From positions 384,001 to 448,000 of the forward strand of contig OZ219787.1 in NCBI GenBank assembly GCA_964291285.2: a stretch of DNA of 64,000 bases. The letters run 5' to 3'. Below are positions 1-12,582 of the stretch, one piece after another. The notes beneath the pieces were generated by a model. It was not told the origin of the DNA, made no database searches, and saw only the letters and a list, made by a program, of their open reading frames with translations. The DNA comes from Alphaproteobacteria bacterium (GTDB lineage: Bacteria > Pseudomonadota > Alphaproteobacteria > Bin95). Position 1 is the stretch's first letter; the number at the start of each line of letters is the position of its first letter. The position numbers and the translations under genes are program-made.

Positions 1-401
1 AGACCGCGCCGCACCGAATCCTCGCTCGCAACCTTGTCCATACCCAGCAGCGCAGGGTTCACCCCGTCGCCGCGCAGCGACGTGATGTGCGCATAGCGAG
101 ACTGCCCCGCCAGAACCGACAGAAGAACCGTCCCCAGGACATCCCGCTTCGACGGCGCGTTCGGGCTCGTGTAGTGCAGCGGGCAGTCCGCAACCAAAGC
201 GTCAAAGCGACCGCTTACCTTCAGGTATTCCGAGAAAAACGCCAGATGCCCCAGCGGCGTCACCGCCGCATCAGGGTCCCATTCCACATGAACCGCGCCG
301 CCGAAGGTGTCCACCTTCACCGACGCTCGGGCGACATCCCGCACAGCGCCAGGATAATCACCCAAAGGGTGAGCCTCTTCGGCCCCTGAAAAGCCGCTCA
401 T
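1..401 (-). CDS. IS1380-family transposase, N-terminal part (partial; not in the ORF track)
   Basis: Hand translation from ATG at 401: MSGFSGAEEAHPLG...VDTFGGAVHVEWDPDAAVTPLGHLAFFSEYLK...CPLHYTSPNAPSKRDVLGTVLLSVLAGQSRYAHITSLRGDGVNPALLGM, a typical IS1380 N-terminus. Confidence 0.8.
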   Translation of the reverse strand, partial: MSGFSGAEEAHPLGDYPGAVRDVARASVKVDTFGGAVHVEWDPDAAVTPLGHLAFFSEYLKVSGRFDALVADCPLHYTSPNAPSKRDVLGTVLLSVLAGQSRYAHITSLRGDGVNPALLGMDKVASEDSVRRG

Positions 402-459
402 ACCCGCAGACTACAAGGGATTCGGCAAGGCCAAGCCATCCTCAACTGCCGGATTTAGG
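1..459 (-). mobile_element. IS1380-family element, left end (runs off the window)
   Basis: Minus strand begins CCTAAATCC at 459 and is followed by an IS1380-type transposase ORF. It abuts the truncated ATPase gene. Confidence 0.7.
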
Positions 460-467
460 TTGACACC

Positions 468-1883
468 TTGCGCGCCCTGGCCGTATCCGCTCGTGGGTTC
501 GATCGGGCGGCCGCTTCCGCCTGCCCCCGCTTCCTCACCATCAACTCAAGCGAGCGCCGGCAGGAAGGTTTCCGCGTGGAGCGCATCCGAACGTTGCTGG
601 AACCGGATGCCTCTGCCGTCATCGATGCTTGGCTGAAGGCGCTACGCAACCTCGCCCGCGCGCGGGCGACCATTGACGCCACCGCCAGCGCTCTCGCGGC
701 GGAAGTCGAGGGCTACGCGGAGAAACCGGACACTCTGCGCGATCCGCAACCCTTGAGGACTGGCTTTGGGAACGCCGCAACTGCTTACTCCAATTTCGCG
801 ATCCAGCTGGAGCTCTACGCCGATGCGGAAACAGCCCTCCTGGAAAGGCTTACGGTCGTCATCGACGCCGCCAGCGACACCAGCGGCTGGCAGGAGCTCA
901 TCGATCTCGCCGGCGATCAGGGCGCGCTTCGCGCGAGCCTGATCGAGCGCCAGGCCCGGGCTGACATGCATGGGGAGCTGAATTCGGCGCTGCGCCAGAT
1001 CGACAAAGGCAACGAGAAGGTTCTGGAGGACAAATTTGCGAATCTGAGCGGCAGCATCCAACACTGGTGGGACCTGCTCCGCCCCGACGAACCAACATTC
1101 TTCTCCGCTGTCAGACCCCGCAAAGGCGCACGGCGCACCGTCGACTTCAAGGCCGGCCTGTCCCTTGACACCGACCGAACTGCTCCGAAGTTGCGCGACG
1201 TCATCGCCGTATTCAGCCAGTCGCAGCTTCACTGCCTGGGCCTCGCGCTGTTCATCGCCCGCGCACTGCACGAGGGTGCCGGCTTCATGGTGCTGGACGA
1301 CCCGATCTTGGCGAGCGATGAAGATTACCGGGCCTATTTCAAAACTGACGTCTTGGAGGAACTGACCGGCGCCGGAATCCAGACAATCGTCCTCACCCAG
1401 GACCAGAAGACATGGAAGGACCTGGAGCATCGATATCGGCACAAGAACATCGACATGTTCCAGTTGGCCCTTACCGACCGGGCCGACGGCACAGCGGTCA
1501 CCAATACAGGCGATGACCTCATGGCGATGCTTGCCCGTGCCGACGTGCTAGCACGGGGCGATCACATCAAGCTTCGCAAGCAGGCGGGTGAATTGCTGCG
1601 CAATGCCGCCGAGCGTTTCTGCAAGGAAATGCTGGTCAGGGACCGGTGGGCCAAGGGCGACAGCGCCGCCGCGCTTAGCGACCATGATGGCAAGAATCTC
1701 GGGCAACTCGAACCCAAGGTGGAGCCGCTGCTCACGGCCGACCCGTCGCATCCCGGAAAGCTTCGCTCGGTCGGGAGCCAGCTCAACCCCGCCAAGCACG
1801 ACGATGACACGCCGGACCGGGGCACCATCAAGGTCGCCCTCGGCGACTTGAAGTATCTCAAGAAGCAGTACCTGCCCACGTAG
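468..1883 (+). pseudogene. C-terminal part of an SMC/Rad50-like ABC ATPase (AAA_13/RloC-like), 5' end cut by IS1380
   Basis: Coiled coil, then ABC signature-like FSQSQ and Walker B/D-loop MVLDDPILASD. No Walker A. The ORF starts right after the IS end. Confidence 0.7.
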
Positions 1884-2241
1884 ACATGTCCGAGAGAATT
1901 CGGCTCGCCATACTTTCGTGCGCGCGTACGACCACCCGCGTCGGACAAACGGCACTCGGCCGGTGCATCTTGTCCGCCCTCAATCCGCCGAACGCCTTCG
2001 CCATCGCGCGGTCCTATCCCCACTCTGCCTGTTCCGAAGCGTCGGCAGACCCATAAAGTCCAAAAAAATCGAAGATGCGCCACACAGAAAGCGGGCTCCT
2101 GCGGCCGAAACCGTGCTGGCTTCATGTCTCACGACCCATTCGGAAACCACCTATCGACCAGCATCCTGACCCACAGCACCGCGCCCACGCACTTATACCA
2201 GCGGTTGAGGGTTGAGACTCATTGAGGGGATTCGCAAGGTT

Positions 2242-4747
2242 CAGACTTCCTGACCTCGTGACGATGTTTGTTGCGGGCGGCGTTCTGGGAACTTTTTGAG
2301 TTCGGTTCATTTTTCGTCTGTTTCGGCTGATTTTCGCTGGCTGCCGTGTCCAGGTTCGGGTATTTTAATTTGACACTGGATACGAGATTTCAACCATGTC
2401 GATTACCCTTCCCCTGAGCCCTCCGGAGGCGGTTCCGATCGGCAGCAGTTGTTTCGCCATTCTGATTTCGGACGACAGCTTCACCTACTTCTCCAACCTC
2501 GTTCCCTTTGACAGCCACGCCGCCGATGACCGCGCGGCCATGCTGTTGCGGATCGGCCGCCTGGCTGCGATCAGCGCGGTCTCGCGGCAGGATCTGGCCG
2601 ACGCTTTCGGTGTCTCGCGTGCAACGGTCCAGCGCGCACGACGGCGCTACCTGGCCGAGGGCGAAGCGGAGTTTCTGAAGCCCCGGCGCGGTCGGGGACC
2701 TTCGGTGTTCACGCCGGAGCTGGCGGAGAAAGCGACGGCGTTGCTGGAAGGGGGCCTGAGCGGCTCTGCGGTGGCCCGAGTTCTCGGCGTGTCAGCGCCG
2801 TCGGTCAACAAGTGGCGGCGGCAGGGGGTGATCGGCAACGCGGAGGCGTGTCGGGAGCGCGGCAGCGCGGCAGTGGCGGTGCCGCCTGACGCGGGTGGGG
2901 CGCCCGAGGGCAGTGTCGATGACGAGAGTGCCGGTGCCGCCGGGCCGGCGACGGCAGCGGGGCTGGAGGCGCAGACGGATCGCAGCGCGCGCGACCGGCG
3001 GGACCGGCAGGCGCCGATGGGGCGCGCGACTTGCGATGTCCGGGCTCGGGTGTTGGCCAGCTGCGGGCAGGCGGGACCGGTCGAACCGCAGTTCACCGCC
3101 GCCGCCCGCGGCGTGCGCTTTGGCGGCGTTCTCGCCGCCCTGCCGGCCCTGCTGAAGGAAGGCCTGCTCTGCGAGACCGGCCTCCTGCCGTTGCTGTCGA
3201 AGGGCTACTACGGCCTGCCCACGATCCTGCTCTTCCTGGCCTTCATGACCCTGGCGCGGGTGCGCAACCCCGAGAGCCTGCGCTACCAGGCACCGGGCGA
3301 ATGGGGTGCGGTTCTCGGTCTCGACCGCTGCCCCGAGGTCAAGACGCTACGGCGCAAGATCGGGCTCATGGCCAACGACGAAGCCAGCGTGCAGGCGTGG
3401 CAGCTCGCTCTTGCGAGACGCTGGCAGGAGGAGGAGCCCGAGCTCTGGGCGACGCTGGCCGTTGACGGGCACGTCAAGGTCTACGCCGGCCGCAAGGGGC
3501 GCCTGCCCAAACACTTCGTCTCGCGCGAGAAGCTGTGCCTGCCGGCGAGCACCAGCTACTGGATCAACGCCTTGGGCGGCAAGCCCCTGCTGTGCCTGCA
3601 CAAGCCGCTGGACCCGAAGATGGTCGCCGCGATCGAATCCGACGTGGTGCCGGCGTTGCAGGCGCTCGGGATCGTCGACGCCGGGGCAGCGGACCTGACC
3701 GCCGGGCAGCCCGGCCAGCCCGTGCTCACACTGGTCTTCGACCGCGAGGGCTGGAGCCCGGAGCTGTTTCGCCGGCTGGCCAGGCGCGGCATTGCCTGCC
3801 TGACCTGGCACAAGAACTTCAGGGGCGGGGACTGGCCGGCCGAGGACTTCAGTGCGATGATCGTTCCCATTCACGGACCCGCGGCGAACGCCAGCGCCAC
3901 CATGCTGCTGGCCGAGAAGCCGGTGACGTTGAAGAACGGCTTCAGGGTGCGCCAGATCCGCCGCCTGCTCGACAACGGCCGTCAGGTTCCGCTGGTCACC
4001 ACCGATCCGCACAAGCCGGTGGCGGAGGCCGCAGGCGCCTTGTTCTCGCGCTGGTCGCAGGAAAACTTCTTCAAATACATGCGCGACGAGTTCAATCTCG
4101 ACGCCCTGCCGACCCACGAGATCGAGCCTCTCGCTGCCGATACCATGGTCGTCAGCCCGCTGCGGCGGGCCTACGACAAGGCAATCCGCCGCCTCGACCA
4201 CCAGCTTGGCCGCCTGCGCAACCGCATCGCCGACGCCGCCCACAGGAAGCAGCCGACGGGCGAACTCAAGAGGGAACTCAGGGACCTCGAGGGCGGCCGT
4301 GAGATTGTCAGATCCAGCCGCAGGGAGGTGCCCACGCACTGCCGGGCCGGCGACCTCGACGAAGCCGGACAGCTCAATGCCTTGCCCTCACGCGAGCGCC
4401 TCCTACTCGACATCATCCGCATGATCGCCTACCGCGCTGAAACCCGCTTGATGCTTCCCGTCATGCAGGCGCAGGGCCACAAGCCCCACCCCCGGAAACT
4501 GCTTCAGGCACTCTTCACCGCCGATGCCGACATCCTGCCGGACCCTGCCAACGGCGTCCTGCGGGTCCGCATTCTCGGCCTCGCAAATGACGCCTGCGAC
4601 CGCCAGATCAAGCCTCTTCTGGCCGAACTCAACGCCACCGAAACGCACTTCCCCGGCAACCGTATGCGCATGGTCTACGAGGTCGGCATAACCCCAAAAT
4701 CCGCGCGCACCGGTGCCAAACAAAATTAGCAGAGGTCAGGAAGTCTG
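2242..4747 (+). mobile_element. Insertion sequence (unclassified DDE, IS4/IS1634-like superfamily), 2506 bp
   Basis: Perfect 16-bp terminal inverted repeats CAGACTTCCTGACCTC (2242-2257) and GAGGTCAGGAAGTCTG (4732-4747). No target duplication seen. Confidence 0.85.
2396..4729 (+). CDS. Putative transposase with N-terminal HTH domains, 777 aa
   Basis: Two HTH-like segments, DDE-like motifs AVDGHVKVY, VFDREGWS and RWSQENFFKY. Lies between the terminal repeats. Confidence 0.85.
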   Translation: MSITLPLSPPEAVPIGSSCFAILISDDSFTYFSNLVPFDSHAADDRAAMLLRIGRLAAISAVSRQDLADAFGVSRATVQRARRRYLAEGEAEFLKPRRGRGPSVFTPELAEKATALLEGGLSGSAVARVLGVSAPSVNKWRRQGVIGNAEACRERGSAAVAVPPDAGGAPEGSVDDESAGAAGPATAAGLEAQTDRSARDRRDRQAPMGRATCDVRARVLASCGQAGPVEPQFTAAARGVRFGGVLAALPALLKEGLLCETGLLPLLSKGYYGLPTILLFLAFMTLARVRNPESLRYQAPGEWGAVLGLDRCPEVKTLRRKIGLMANDEASVQAWQLALARRWQEEEPELWATLAVDGHVKVYAGRKGRLPKHFVSREKLCLPASTSYWINALGGKPLLCLHKPLDPKMVAAIESDVVPALQALGIVDAGAADLTAGQPGQPVLTLVFDREGWSPELFRRLARRGIACLTWHKNFRGGDWPAEDFSAMIVPIHGPAANASATMLLAEKPVTLKNGFRVRQIRRLLDNGRQVPLVTTDPHKPVAEAAGALFSRWSQENFFKYMRDEFNLDALPTHEIEPLAADTMVVSPLRRAYDKAIRRLDHQLGRLRNRIADAAHRKQPTGELKRELRDLEGGREIVRSSRREVPTHCRAGDLDEAGQLNALPSRERLLLDIIRMIAYRAETRLMLPVMQAQGHKPHPRKLLQALFTADADILPDPANGVLRVRILGLANDACDRQIKPLLAELNATETHFPGNRMRMVYEVGITPKSARTGAKQN

Positions 4748-5602
4748 CGGATAGGGCAGAATAGCTGTCCTCGCCTGGCAAACGCCTTGTCATGCCGTCG
4801 ATACGCCCCGTTAGACTTCCGCCCGTGAAATCCATCGCAAGACGCACATCGCCGCGCAATAGCGTCCTGCCCGTGTTGGTATTCACATCGCCGAGATTGT
4901 TGTCCCAAGACTCGATATATGCCGATCTGCCGGAATATGTCGCCGTTCCGGTCGGCAAGCTTGCGGCGGGCGTTTCGAGTCCATAAACGGCCATAACCCT
5001 GCCGCCGCCATGGAGTGCACTTCCAAGGACTGCAAGCACTCCATCGTCCGTGCTGCCGTAGTTTTTGCCGTTGAACGGGACAGTGGAGTGAGCCCATAGC
5101 CAATAACCCAAGTCCTCCGGGTCGTCGCCCGGTCGGGGCACGGCATAGGAAGTTATTTCCGCGCGGAACGAACTTTGCGGAAAATGGACCCTGACTGGCT
5201 CGTCCGCTTCGGTTCGCCATAGGTGATATGGAAACCGTAGTTTCCGTCCGAGGCAACCGATTGAATCGAATGGCGGCTGCTGACTGTCACCGTATGGTCA
5301 CCAAAATTGCGGATGATGCTGGCCGAATACGCGCGGAAAGTGTTGGAAGGGTCCGCGAGCATAGCGGCGCGGAATACATCCGGGCTTGTAGGATGGAGCG
5401 GGGCAACATCGCCTGCCGTTAGCCCGGTTGCCAAGGCAGGCAACTCGCGCATTTTCGGCGGGTCCATCGGCTCCCCGCCCGCCGGCGCCACCGGCACGCC
5501 TGCCGTCTTGGACGATCCGCCGCCGCCGCAGCCTGCGAGTGCCAGCATGGCCGCAATCGGCAGTGCGGCGGACATCCTGAAGAATGGGGCAGTTTTCATC
5601 AT
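4748..5602 (-). pseudogene. TbpB-like surface lipoprotein, frameshifted (~5215) and 3'-truncated by the IS
   Basis: Lipobox LAGC then GGGGSS. After a frameshift it continues EADEPVRVHFP...LPTGTATYSG...DVRLAMDFTGGSLTGRIDG (TbpB barrel-like) and stops at the IS terminal repeat. Confidence 0.7.
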
Positions 5603-5724
5603 CGGGTCTCCCGGTTTCGAAACAGTGTAAGCCTTCGGCGTAGACCGCCTGTCGCATTTCTCCGGGATCGGTGAGGGTGCGCGCTCGGATGTGGGCGCGC
5701 GTCGTAAGTGCCCACGAAGGATAA

Positions 5725-6147
5725 GTGGACACTATGGGGATGTCGGACACAGCCGAGCATGCGGGTTCCGGGGTCGACGGTCGGGGGCGCCGCCGTCGCC
5801 GTCGGTGGAGCGAGGCGCGCAAGCGCCTGATCGTTGCGGAGAGCTATCAGCCCGGGGTTTCGGTTTCGGTGGTGGCGCGCCGACATGACGTGAACGCGAA
5901 CCTGGTCTTCAGCTGGCGGCGCCAGTATCGGGAGCTGGCGCGCGTGGTGGGCGGCTTCGTTCCGGTGGTTGTCTCTTCGACGGAAGGGGTGGAGCCGGCA
6001 AGGCTGCTGCCGGCGCCGCCGGATATCGAGCCGTCTGCCTCCGGACGGATCGGGATTGCGCTGGCGGACGGCTCGCGGGTGACGGTCGACCGGGACGTGG
6101 ACGCGGCGGCGCTGTCTCGGGTTCTCGAGGTCCTGGAGCGGCGATGA
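5725..6147 (+). CDS. tnpA: IS66 accessory protein TnpA
   Basis: RRRRWSEARKRLIVAES...VARRHDVNANLVFSWRR HTH. Confidence 0.9.
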   Translation: MDTMGMSDTAEHAGSGVDGRGRRRRRRWSEARKRLIVAESYQPGVSVSVVARRHDVNANLVFSWRRQYRELARVVGGFVPVVVSSTEGVEPARLLPAPPDIEPSASGRIGIALADGSRVTVDRDVDAAALSRVLEVLERR

Positions 6148-6491
6148 TCCCGGTTCCGAGCGGGGCGCGGGTCTGGCTTGCGACGGGCGTGATGGACATG
6201 CGTCGCGGGATGAACACGCTGGCGCTGCAGGTGCAGCAGGGGCTGGGCCGCGATCCGCATGCAGGCGACCTCTTCATATTCCGCGGACGCAAAGGCGATC
6301 TTTTGAAGATCCTCTGGCATGACGGGGTCGGGACCTCGCTCTACGCCAAGCGCCTGGAGCGGGGCCGGTTCCAGTGGCCGGTGACGTCGGGCGGTGCGGT
6401 GTCGATCAGCGCGGCGCAGCTGGGCTATTTGCTGGAAGGGATCGATTGGAGGAACCCGGTTCGGACCTGGCGCCCGTCGCGGGCCGGCTGA
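6144..6491 (+). CDS. tnpB: IS66 accessory protein TnpB
   Basis: DMRRGMNTLA...LFIFRGRKGDLLKILWHDG...KRLERGRFQWP. Confidence 0.95.
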   Translation: MIPVPSGARVWLATGVMDMRRGMNTLALQVQQGLGRDPHAGDLFIFRGRKGDLLKILWHDGVGTSLYAKRLERGRFQWPVTSGGAVSISAAQLGYLLEGIDWRNPVRTWRPSRAG

Positions 6492-6562
6492 CAGGCGGCA
6501 AATGGACTCATCCGACAGGATGGCGATGGCGGCGGACCGGTAGTTGTGATTCGCTTCCGGGC

Positions 6563-7882
6563 ATGCCGGACGGATCGGACATCAACGCGCTGAAGGCGGC
6601 GCTGGCTGCGGCGGAAGTCAAGGCGACCGAGGCCGAGGCGCGGGCCGCGAACGCCGAAGCGCAGATCGCCTCCCTGAAGCTGATGATCGAGAAGCTCCGG
6701 CGCGAGCTCTTCGGCCAGCGATCGGAGCGCAAGCAGCGTCTTCTCGACCAGATGGAGCTCCAGCTCGACGAGCTTGAGGCGAACGCGACGGAGGACGAGT
6801 TGGCGGCCGAACAGGCGGCTGCCGGCACGACGCAGGTCAAGGCGTTCACCCGCCGCCGCTCCGGCCGCAAGCCGTTCCCCGAACATCTGCCGCGCGAGCG
6901 TGTCGTAGTGCCCGCGCCGACATCGTGCGAGTGCTGCGGCTCGCAGAAGCTCTCGAAGATCGGCGAGGACGTCACCGAGACGCTGGAGGTCATTCCGCGC
7001 CAGTGGAAGGTGATCCAGACGGTGCGCGAGAAGTTCACATGCCGGGACTGCGAGAAGATCAGCCAGCCGCCGGCACCGTTCCACCCGACACCGCGCGGCT
7101 GGGCGGGCCCCAACCTGCTGGCCATGATCCTGTTCGAGAAGTTCGGGCAGCATCAGCCGCTGAACCGCCAGCGCGACCGCTATGCGCGCGAGGGCGTCGA
7201 CCTCAGCCTGTCGACCCTGGCCGACCAGGTGGGCGCCTGCACGGTGGCGCTGAGGCCGCTGCACGACCTGATCGCAGACCATGTGCTGGCGGCCGAACGC
7301 CTGCATGGCGACGACACCCCGGTGCCGGTGCTGGCCAGGGGCAAGACCGACAAGGGCCGGGCCTGGGTCTATGTGCGTGACGACAGGCCGTTCGGCGGGC
7401 CGGACCCGCCCGCGGCTCTGTTCCGCTACTCGCGGAACCGCTCGGGCGATCATCCGGTCGAGCATCTTCGCGACTTCGCCGGCATCCTCCAGGCCGACAG
7501 TTTCGCCGGCTACAACCGCCTCTATGCGGTCGGGCGAGTGCCGGGGCCTGTTACCGGGATCCCCTGTTGGGCACACGGGCGCCGCAAATTTTTCGAACTC
7601 GCCGACATTGCGGCCAGCAAGGGGCGCGGCAGGAACGCGCCGCCGATCTCGCCGCTCGCGATGGAGGCGGTGAAGCGGATCGACGTGCTGTTCGACATCG
7701 AGCGCTCCATCAACGGCGAGACCGCTGCGCGGCGCCATGCCGTCCGCCAGGAACTGAGCGCGCCGGTCCTGGCCGAACTCGAGACCTGGATGAAGGCCGA
7801 GCGCGCAAAGCTCTCCCGCCATTCCCCCGTGGCCAAGGCCATGGACTACATGCTCAGGCGATGGGACCGCTTCGCCCGCTTC
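6563..7882 (+). pseudogene. tnpC: IS66 transposase TnpC, C-terminally truncated
   Basis: FGQRSE, zinc finger CECCG, LHGDDTPVPVL, CWAHGRRKFF. Homology stops at RWDRFARF where IS21 begins. Confidence 0.9.
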
Positions 7883-7968
7883 TGCGGCGCGACAATCAAC
7901 TTGAGACTTCCGCGTCAATCAGGATGAGACGAGGGAAGGCGGCGGCCCGGAACGGAGGGAGGGCGTAG

Positions 7969-9582
<1,614 letters not shown>

Positions 9583-9993
9583 CCGACAACCAGGACAGGA
9601 TCGCCACCGATCCCAACAAGATCGACGCCATCAAGCTCTCGCTGATGCTTACCGATCTGCGCCTGCCGACGATCAACCAGCTTTGGCAGGGCTTCGCCAA
9701 GAGGGCCGACGCCGAGGGATGGACCGCCGCGCGCTTCCTCGCAACCCTCGTCGAGCACGAGCTCGCCGAGCGCGACCGCAGGCGCATCGAACGCCATCTC
9801 AGGCAGGCCAGGCTGATCCCGGGCAAGACCCTCGACGCCTTCGACTTCAGCGTCGTACCGATGATCTCGAAGGCACAGGTCAATGCCCTGGCCGCCGGCG
9901 ACGCCTGGCTCGACCAGGGCGCCAACTGCCTCATCTTCGGCCCGCCAGGCGTCGGCAAGAGCCATCTGGCGTCCGCCATCGGCCTTGCCCTAG

Positions 9994-12007
9994 CCCGACT
10001 TCCGCAACTCGGGGGTCATGAGGATGCTAACTCATTGAATAGCCTTGATCGTCTCCCCGAGGGTCGGCACTACAAGGCGGCGAACGGAGAGGCGGCGCCG
10101 TGTGCCGTCAGGCGGAGATCCGGGGTGCGGGTTGCTGCGGCCAGGTCATGCCGAGCTGTTGCAGCAGTAGCTCGTGCTCCTTGTTCGGCCGGGTGTGGCG
10201 CGGCAGGACGAGGTGCCGGCCGTCGGTGGTTGGCAGATGGACGTCCACCATCTGGATGGTGGCGAAGGCCTCAAGGATGGCGCGTGGGGTGAGGCCCGGG
10301 GCGCGCGGCCGGGCGAGGTTCTTCAGGGTCACCAGCAGGCAGTAGGCGATGAACGAGACGAAGATATGCGCCTCGATGCGCTCTTGGCGCTGATGGAAGA
10401 TGGGGCGGATCGCGAGGTCGTGCTTGAGTTCCTTGAACGCCTGCTCGATCTCGACGAGCTGCATGTACAGATGCCACAGCGTGGCGGGGTCTTCGGCGAC
10501 CATGTTGGATCGCAGCAGGTAACGGCCCTCGCGGCGGCGGACCTGGCGCAGCCGGTCGCGCTGCAGGCGGAATGAGAAGCCGTTGGCGGCGAGTTCGCTG
10601 TCGGTCCCGGGCACGGTGATGTCGACCAGGCTCCAGGCCCGGCCGGCCTCCTTCCTGGCGGCGCCGAGCTTGAGCAACAACTGATCCCGGCTGTTCGACT
10701 GCCCTTGCAACTCGGCCAATCGACGCCACAGCCTCTTCAGCCGGCGCCGGCGCATGCCGCGTTCCTTCACCTGCCGCCCCTCGCTGCGCACCAGGACGTA
10801 GAGCTCGCCATCCTCGACCAGAAGCTTGACAGTCACGGACTGGCGCACCTCCTGCCAGGGCAGGCCCAGGAACACCTTCTCGAGCCGCGTCAGCCGGCCC
10901 TTGGGCGTGCCCACCAGGTAGCGCACCGGCGCCTCGCCCTCGCGCATCGCGGCCAGCGTCTCCTCGGTGGGGATGCCGCGGTCCATGATCCACACCCGCT
11001 CGGAGCGGCCATACTGATCCTCGATCTTCTTGAGGAACGCCGCCAGCGTGGTGTCGTCGGAGGTGTTGCCCGGCATCACCTCATAGGCCAGCGGAAAGCC
11101 CTGCGGCGTAACGATCAGGGCGATCACCACCTGCACGCAGTCGGGCCGCTTGTCCCGGCTGTAGCCGAAGCGGCGCTTGTCATCGAACGGCGGATCGCTC
11201 TCGAAGTAGGTCGAGGTCAGGTCGTAGAGCAGCACGTCGAAGCGCGCCTCGAACAGCGTCGCCCAGCGGTCGCGCAGAAACGAGAAGAAGCCCTGCTTGT
11301 GCGCCAGCAGCTTGTCGAGACAGCGATAGAGTGTGTCGTCGGCGATCGCCCGCTCGCCACCCAGAAGATCGCGAAGCGCGCTGTGCTCATACCAGTGACG
11401 GTGAAGGCGCCACTCGCTGCCCGGGTCGATCAGCCGGTAGCAGACCTGGATCTTCAGGATGTCCAGCCACCGCGTGCCTTGCCGGCTCGCCGGCAGCCGC
11501 TCTTCCCAGAAGCGGTCCAGGTCCAGGCGGTCCCACAAGGACAGCGCCAGCCAGCACGCCCCCCACTGGCGCGGGTCGTGAAGCGCCACCTGCGAGAGGT
11601 CGATCTTCACCACTTCGCAAGTCAGCGCCGGCGCCTCCCGGTCCTCGGGAAACAGCGCCATCTGCCGTGATCGCGACTTGCCCTCCACCACCTCGATCGA
11701 GCGGCACCACGCCGCTCGCTGGCTGTCGTTGATCTCCCCGAGATAGAGCACCTGACGCTGAACAACCCGACCGCCGTGGACCCGGACGTTCTCCACAACG
11801 CTCCAGTAGCGGTGCTCCTTGCCGTCCTTGAAGCGTCTCTTGCAGCGCACGAACATCAGCGCAGCGTCCGGATCTTCGCCAGCCCGATCAAGGGGGTAGG
11901 TCGGCACTACAAGCCGGTCCCGAGAGGTACTGCACCGAAATCCGACACTTCTCGCGCCGGAAAACCGTCAAATCAGTCGATTCTCAAGCCGAGTTGCGGA
12001 AGTCGGG
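9994..12007 (-). mobile_element. IS1634-family element, copy 1 (2014 bp)
   Basis: Terminal repeats CCCGACTTCCGCAACTCGG. CTAG target duplication at 9990-9993 and 12008-12011. Confidence 0.93.
10108..11907 (-). CDS. IS1634-family transposase
   Basis: LYDLTSTYFE, GYSRDKRPDCVQV, IMDRGI, IEQAFKELK, RIEAHIFVSF motifs. True start may be MFVRCK at 11856. Confidence 0.93.
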   Translation of the reverse strand: MPTYPLDRAGEDPDAALMFVRCKRRFKDGKEHRYWSVVENVRVHGGRVVQRQVLYLGEINDSQRAAWCRSIEVVEGKSRSRQMALFPEDREAPALTCEVVKIDLSQVALHDPRQWGACWLALSLWDRLDLDRFWEERLPASRQGTRWLDILKIQVCYRLIDPGSEWRLHRHWYEHSALRDLLGGERAIADDTLYRCLDKLLAHKQGFFSFLRDRWATLFEARFDVLLYDLTSTYFESDPPFDDKRRFGYSRDKRPDCVQVVIALIVTPQGFPLAYEVMPGNTSDDTTLAAFLKKIEDQYGRSERVWIMDRGIPTEETLAAMREGEAPVRYLVGTPKGRLTRLEKVFLGLPWQEVRQSVTVKLLVEDGELYVLVRSEGRQVKERGMRRRRLKRLWRRLAELQGQSNSRDQLLLKLGAARKEAGRAWSLVDITVPGTDSELAANGFSFRLQRDRLRQVRRREGRYLLRSNMVAEDPATLWHLYMQLVEIEQAFKELKHDLAIRPIFHQRQERIEAHIFVSFIAYCLLVTLKNLARPRAPGLTPRAILEAFATIQMVDVHLPTTDGRHLVLPRHTRPNKEHELLLQQLGMTWPQQPAPRISA

Positions 12008-12582
12008 CTAGTCGAGAACGGATACCGTGTCTTCTTCACCAGAACCACCGATCTGGTGCAGCGCATGCAGGTCGCGCGCCGCGAGCTCGCCCTGGAAGCC
12101 ATGCTGGCCAGGCTCGACCGCTACCACCTGCTGATCCTCGACGACATCGCCTATGTCCAGAAGGACCAGGCCGAGACCAGCGTCCTCTTCGAACTCATCT
12201 CGGCGCGCTACGAGCGGAGATCCCTGCTGATCACCGCAAACCAGCCCTTCGGAGACTGGAACAAGGTGTTCCCGGACGAAACGACGGCGGTGGCCGCCGT
12301 CGACCGCCTCGTCCACCACGCCACCATCCTCGAGATGAACGTCGAGAGCTACAGGCGCCGCGAAGCGCTCGACAGGGGCAAGCGAAAGCGCGGCCGGCCG
12401 GCGAACTACGCCACCGAGAAAAATACCAGGGACTGACCCGAGGCCACCAGCTCGGCCGAACTGCCCTCACACTCACGGCCCGCGGGGATCGCCTCCGCGG
12501 GCCGCTTCATCTCCGGCCCACCGGACCGCCGCGACAATCAAAAATCCTCGGAACCTGTCGCGCCGCGACAATCAAAACCAAA

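Larger units (their letters stand above)
5704..7882 (+). mobile_element. IS66-family element, truncated on the right by IS21
   Basis: GTAAG-type left end at 5704 and tnpA-tnpB-tnpC gene order. Confidence 0.85.

Noticed and set aside
87-389. 100-aa plus-strand ORF
   Set aside because: It is antisense to the IS1380 transposase on the minus strand.
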